A stretch of 64,000 bases of DNA from the human T2T-CHM13v2.0 reference genome, Homo sapiens, in NCBI GenBank assembly GCA_009914755.4, contig CP086569.2, positions 7,712,001 to 7,776,000 on the forward strand, given 5' to 3'. How positions within the stretch are numbered: the stretch's first letter is position 1; every line of letters begins with the position of its first letter. The notes under the pieces were generated by a model. It did no database searches. It was given only the letters and a program-made list of their open reading frames with translations, and had not been told where the DNA came from. Position numbers and translations under genes: made by a program. This document shows, piece by piece, positions 56,700 through 64,000 of the stretch.

Positions 56700-57560
56700 A
56701 CCTTTTAAAAATCTGTGATAGGACCCTTGACAGCTGTCTTGTTGTTACTAATTTATTTACTTGTTTGTTGAACCTCATAGTAAGCTTTGTATCTTGTAGA
56801 TTATAATATTTCCAGGTGCAAACAATGCTGGCATAAGGCTTTTGAGTTATATACTGATCTGGATAATTGTGGTGTTCTGCCTTTCACCCCTTTAGCTCAT
56901 GTATCCAGAGACATTTGCTTCTCTAGGGCTAGGCAAGGCCAGTGCTCATGATTCAGCAGAAAGCAGGTACACTGCATGGACCTCCTCCCTCTTGCATCCC
57001 CCTTAAGATTAAGGGAAAGTATTTAACATCTGAGTGGAGAATGAGGTTGAAGGTGGGACTCACCTCCAGGGGTAGGGCTCACACATGACCCAGATTGAGG
57101 ACTACCCAAATCAGGGCCAAGACAGAAGCAGTTTTTCAATCAGACATGCCCACCAGCGTGTCGTGTAAATTTACCTTTGCTATCATAACACCCAGGAGTT
57201 ACCACCCTTCTATGGCAATGATCCAATGATTACCACCCCTTCCCTATTAATTTCGGCATTTATCAATCCATGCAATTAAAAGCGAATATAAATATGGCTG
57301 CAAAATATCCCTGAGCTGCTACTCTCTTGCTTATGGCATAGCCCTGTTCTGAAAGAGGAGTCAAAGAGCTGTAACAAGGCCAGAGATGTGATTCTGTCTT
57401 ACCAGCTACGCTATTTTTTTTAAATCTCTGGTTTGGCATTGAATTCTTTCCTGGACAAAGCCAAGAAACTCATGATCTTAGCTCTGCTTTGGCCTTGACT
57501 CTCCTGCATTGTGTCTACTGTTCCATTCCAAGATTTAGTAAACTATGAATTAAGCAGATG
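56700..57560 (+). mobile_element. Putative ERV 3' LTR / env remnant (family not identified)
   Basis: It lies immediately 3' of the integrase C-terminus. It contains a TATA-like 'gaatataaatatggctgc' and is non-coding. Assignment is by position and lack of coding signal only. Confidence 0.3.
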
Positions 57561-57879
57561 GAGTAAATGCAATTACTTTAAATGCAAAAGTTAAAAGTCA
57601 TCAAAAGAATTCAATAATCAACAAAGAGAATATTTTAATGCAATGTTTTCAAAATCCAAAATAATGCAATAATAATCATAATAAAATATTAAAATAGTTT
57701 TAAAGCTAGCATATTACTGATTCTTTATTTATTTTGATTCCTGCTTCAATATTCCTTAGCATAGCCTTAATATTGATAGTGAGCTTATTTTTCTATAAAA
57801 TATTTTGTTCAACATTATTTTTTATTTGTAATTATTTATGAATATTGCACTGAAATACAAATCTTAATTACTGAGCTTT

Positions 57880-58720
57880 TTAAATCAATAAATCTTAGTA
57901 GAGTAGTTTTAGGCTTACAACAAAATTGAGTAGAAAGTACAGAAAGCTGCCTTACACCCTGTGTCCACATGTACAAACTTCCCCACTATCAACATTTCTG
58001 ATGAGACTGGTATGTTTGTTCCAATTCATAAACCTATATCAATATATTATTACTCAATATCTGCAATTTACATTAGGGCCCACTTTTACTGTTGCACATT
58101 CTATGGGTTTTGGCAAACATGTAATAAAATGTATCCAAAATTGTAATAATATATAGAATATTTTCACTGTTGTATACTCTAATAATCACCTGACTTGTGC
58201 CTATTTTTTCCACTCTCACCTGTAAACCATTGGGACCCCTAATCTTTTTACTGCTTCAATAACTTTCTAGATTGTCATATATTTTAAATAATATGTGTAG
58301 CATTTTATGATTGGCTTATTTCACTTACAAATATACACTTAAGTTCCTTCTATGTCTTTTCAAGACTTGAAAGCTATTTTTTTCTGTGCTGTACAGTATT
58401 CCAGAAATATTCCATAAACCACAGTTTATCCTCTTAATTACTATAGAACAACATCCATATGCAGATTTTGATGTAAACATATTTTTAATTTAGTTAGATA
58501 AATTCCAAGAATCAAGCCTGCTGTATGAGATCAAAAGAATAGGTTTAGTTTTGTTAAAACAAAACAAGACAAAGCTTACCAAACATTCTTCTAAATGTGC
58601 TGTTATCAGTGCTTTCAATTTTTGCAATTTTATGTTTATTTATTTAATTTATTTATTATTACCACATTCACAACTTCTGAATAGTATATGATGTTTATCA
58701 TCCTTTCATATGCTGATTCC
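57880..58720 (+). mobile_element. Ancient L1 (L1MA/L1PB-like) 3'UTR end, probably the 3' part of the element at 51540–54650 separated by the ERV
   Basis: '…tccccactatcaacatttctgatgagactggtatgtttgttccaattcataaacc…acattagggcccacttttactgttgcacattctatgggttttggcaaacatgtaataaaatgtatccaaaattgtaataatatatagaatattttcactg…' matches the L1M/L1PB 3' end consensus as I recall it. Confidence 0.6.
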
Positions 58721-58772
58721 CTGAGTCTTAACTACTGGGGAAGCAAAGGAAGAGGATACCTGAGACAAAATT

Positions 58773-58953
58773 GGAGGTTGCAGTGAGCTATGATGCACTA
58801 CAGCCTGGGGGCAGAGACCCTGTCTTAAAAATAAAATAAAATAAACAGAAGAAAAGAAAGAAGGAAGGGAGGAAGGAAAAGAAAGGGAAGAGAAAAGAAG
58901 GGAAAAAGAAGAAGAAAGAAAGAGAAAGGAAGAAGGAAGAATTTGTCAGCAAA
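58773..58953 (+). repeat. Alu 3'-end fragment (58773–58850) followed by a polypurine (GAAA/GGAA)n tract (58850–58953)
   Basis: 'ggaggttgcagtgagctatgatgcactacagcctgggggcagagaccctgtcttaaaaataaaataaaataaac' then 'agaagaaaagaaagaaggaagggaggaaggaaaagaaagggaagag…'. Confidence 0.8.
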
Positions 58954-59039
58954 ATAGTGAATCCTAAGCCTGTTTTTCACGTTTATTCCCTAGAATTCAA
59001 TACATATAAATTTGTTTTTTTGTGTGTTTACTTGTTTTG

Positions 59040-59283
59040 TTTTGTTTTGTTTTTGCTTGGAACAGGGTCATGCTGTATCACCCAGTCCAGAGTGCAGTGA
59101 TGAGATCTTGGCTTAGTGCAAACTCCACCTCCTGGGTTTAAGGGATTCTCCCAGCTCACCATCTGTAGCTGGGACCATAGACCCACACCACTACTCCCAG
59201 CTAATTTTTTGTATTTTTGATAGAGACAGGGTTTCACCATTTTTCCCAGGCTGGCCTTGAACTCCTGACCTCAAGGTTACAGG
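59040..59283 (-). mobile_element. Alu (older subfamily), reverse orientation
   Basis: '…gggtcatgctgtatcacccagtccagagtgcagtgatgagatcttggcttagtgcaaactccacctcctgggtttaagggattctcccagctcacc…gggtttcaccatttttcccaggctggccttgaactcctgacctcaaggttacaggcatgagccaccaagctgggcc'. Confidence 0.85.
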
Positions 59284-59469
59284 CATGAGCCACCAAGCTG
59301 GGCCTACATATAGGGTTTTTCTTTCTTTCCAAACAATTCTTGATAAATTATGATTTTTTTTTGAACTTATCTGTCATCTTGTTTTCCACATCAGTATGAT
59401 AATAGTGCAAAGATTTCTTATAATTCTATGTTTCTTTCTCTTGTTAAATTATTTTCTTGTTATTTATTC

Positions 59470-59530
59470 TTCCAGGGTGTGTATGTATGTATGTGACTAT
59501 GTGTGTGTACTCATGCATGTGTGTTTCTTC
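59470..59530. repeat. (TG)n/(TATG)n microsatellite
   Basis: 'gtgtgtatgtatgtatgtgactatgtgtgtgtactcatgcatgtgtgtttc'. Confidence 0.8.
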
Positions 59531-60339
59531 ATTTCTTTGTCTTCCTTGTTTAGGCATGTGTAAGTGTAAGTATACAATAATATAATTAAACTATTGGATG
59601 CAAAGCATCCAAAGAAACACAATTTTTTAAAAGTATATTTTGTATAGTTTTGACCAGTCACTAAAGAAAGCAGGATTGCAAGTAAACCTCTAGGTTTCAC
59701 TGAATATAAATGTAATCACAACAATTCTATAGATTTGCTGCATCTAAACTATGTTGCATGTACTGTGCTCAGTACATTATTAATCTTATGACCATAATAT
59801 CTAACAGATACCATTATTATATTCACTTAGTAGATTGGGTAAATTTCAAAGATGAAGCAGTCTAACTTCACACAGCTATTTAGTGGTGAAGTTTAGATTT
59901 TTCTTGGTTTGCCTAACTTTATATTGCACAAATCACCACATGCATTATTGTACCTTGTGGACATGAAGCTTTTGGCCAAATGATTTTTAACTGCTTCTCT
60001 AAAAAAAAAAAAAAAAAAAAAGAGCCTATTTGCATGGCAAGCTAAATGTTTCATGATCTTACCCTCCTTCCCTGTATCCACTACAGACATTCCCTGATCT
60101 TTGTGTATTTAGTCCTATTTCATTGACCGCAAGAAAATGCAAGTTATTCCATCAAGTTGATGTTTACTTGTTAACATTGCATGTTTCTGCACATTCTCCC
60201 AGAAAATATCATTCTATGTTTATGTTTTTGCTTTTCTTTCCACCACACAGATTTTAATAACTCCATTCATCTGCATATGTTTTATCTCTGCCTAGAAAAT
60301 ATTTCTTCATAGTATATGTAATACATTAAAAATCATCAA

Positions 60340-62090
<1,751 letters not shown>

Positions 62091-64000
62091 ATCTTGTTTT
62101 TTTCCATGTGTTTGTAAGAAGTAGTTTTCTTTAAGAACAAAATATTCATGGAGGGAAGATTTGTTGGTTTAAATCCTAATTTTTTGTAATATTCTTCTAA
62201 AACTGAGTACCTTTTAAAGGCTTGTAAGTTAAGTTTCCTGATTTCCAAATTAGGCCTAATATAAATTATACAAATGTTACGGGACTTCTAAAAATGAACA
62301 TTGTATAAAATATATGTATATGTTTAATCAAAGAGGTTGATCCTTATCATTATTTAGGAAATGACATTATGTGTATCCTCTTTTAAAAAAACATTGAAGT
62401 ATTTTCTCATACATCTTATGGCATAAACCATAATGTATTATTTACATATCTATTTTTCCTGTGGTGTAGTCTCACTAGCTAACTTACTAATACTTTATTT
62501 GTATTAGTTATCAATTAAGTATAATATACTACTCAATTACATATAACATTAACAAACATATTCCCTCAAGTAAATATAAATCGATACAAAGGTAATTATT
62601 ATCTGTTCAAAATAGAAAAAAGGTAATCCATAATATAGACAAAGCCATGGTCAAATTAATATTTTTCTGCTAAAAATGTGACAAAAAGAATGTGAAAATA
62701 AAATGCTACAGGGTGTTTTGGTAACAAAGAAACTAATAATGTCAATAGATTTGTAACCATAATTTAAGAAACATTTTTCTGAAATATATGTAAACATATA
62801 AATATATCTTTACCTTCAGAGCATACATTTACTGTTAGGTTATTCATTAGAAAAGAAAACATTGAAAAGATAAATTAAAATATTTATGCAGATACAATCA
62901 GCTCTATATTGGTACAGTATAGTTTATGAACTAAGAAGTTCGCAAGTGTGAGTATAGAATGTATAGACTTTAATTTTTTAAAGTTAATACAAAACTTTAT
63001 AAATATAAAATATAATTAAAATGTGGCTTATAAATAGGCATTTTTAAAGAACTGGTCTTTTAAATTCTGCTATGCACTGTTTATAGACAAACTCAGAAAA
63101 ATATGTTTGTTTTTCATTGTGTAGATATTTAAATTGTTTTTCTTATGTTACATTTTATTTTGCAACAAAATACATAGAATGGAATAATTTTACCATGGAC
63201 AATATAGTCTGTCAGCTAATAAATTGTTTTTCAGGAATATACATAGTATTTATTTTACTAGAGCTCTGTTAATTAAGGATATTATTTTTTATACACAAAT
63301 TGAGGACAGAGAAATTCTCTATGTGTATATTGCTTTTGTTAATTTTGGAAGTTTGGGTCAAATCAGTACATTTATCTAGTAAGCAAATAAGGTGTCCAAA
63401 TATTTATATTACATCCAAAAAGAGAAGACACAAGATTAAAATGCAGAAACATTCATTCCTCATTGACTTACTTTTCTTGCTTTCTTTTAATGTTATTTTA
63501 CCTATTATTACTTGCTTCTTATAAATTTCTTTAAAATGTAGTTACTATTTTTCCCTTTTATGAAATAAGCAAACGCTATGTACAGTGAGCTTATTGCTAA
63601 TGTTTGAGAGGGGATTGAAATATGGATGACTATTTCATAATAAAAATACTCTTTAAGGTTGATCACACTACCACAATTGAATTAAAAAATGAAAATAGGA
63701 TAGAACATATTTTGGCATTTTAATTTTCTTTCCTTTTTTTTTAAATTTAAAAGTTTATTGGGCCACCCTTCCTTCGATTTATGTTATGTTCCTCTTTCCC
63801 TGTTTCCTCTGTGGCTCTCATGGGGTAAAAAAGTTTCTAAGCTTTTTAGCTGGGTACACCACTAACCTCGACTATTCCTTCAGCTCATGGTGACAAAGGG
63901 TCACGCACAGGCAGTTTCTCAGAAAATCAGGGAAATGGGGAAAATACTTCTTAATTTAAAGCACAGAGGGCATGTTTGTATTTCAGGAGAAATAGTTAAT

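Noticed and set aside
60001-60022. 22-nt poly-A tract
   Set aside because: It stands alone without a recognisable SINE, L1 or retrogene body on either side. It is most likely a remnant tail or simple repeat.

Overview
This window reads as primate (almost certainly human) heterochromatin-edge DNA, not a gene-dense or prokaryotic region. Coordinates were placed by eye and are good to roughly ±10–30 bp. About 33 kb of the 64 kb is beta-satellite-like tandem repeat, with diverged monomers of about 68–75 bp carrying the recurring core 'atatgtcacaatg'. It forms two arrays of opposite polarity. Array 1 (about 2.3–12.66 kb) reads as the reverse complement ('cattgtgacatat'). Array 2 (about 17.1–40.4 kb) reads forward. 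Between them is a 4.4 kb non-satellite island. It holds the 3' zinc-finger exon of a degenerate ZNF91-family KRAB zinc-finger pseudogene on the minus strand, three Alus and an old L1 fragment. This satellite/zinc-finger-gene architecture is what has been described for the chr19p12 zinc-finger gene cluster, but the chromosomal location cannot be proven from the sequence alone. Array 2 contains an internal inverted duplicate of about 1.8–2.2 kb, which creates a head-to-head satellite junction near 22.96 kb. The distal 24 kb (40.4–64 kb) is a nest of transposable elements. It holds a near full-length L1 with a putative 9-bp target-site duplication, a twin-priming-like inverted old L1, and an old L1 interrupted by a THE1/MST LTR and a class-I (gamma-like) ERV integrase fragment. 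The ERV fragment is itself hit by an Alu. Further Alus and a 3'-truncated L1PA copy complete the nest. I found no intact protein-coding gene, tRNA, rRNA or CRISPR, and no evidence of a novel biological system. The 6-frame ORFs supplied are read-through of satellite, Alu, L1 or ERV sequence. The most interesting content is structural: the inverted satellite arrays, the intra-array inverted duplication, and the zinc-finger exon truncated at a satellite boundary. Repeat subfamily names and location are inferences.
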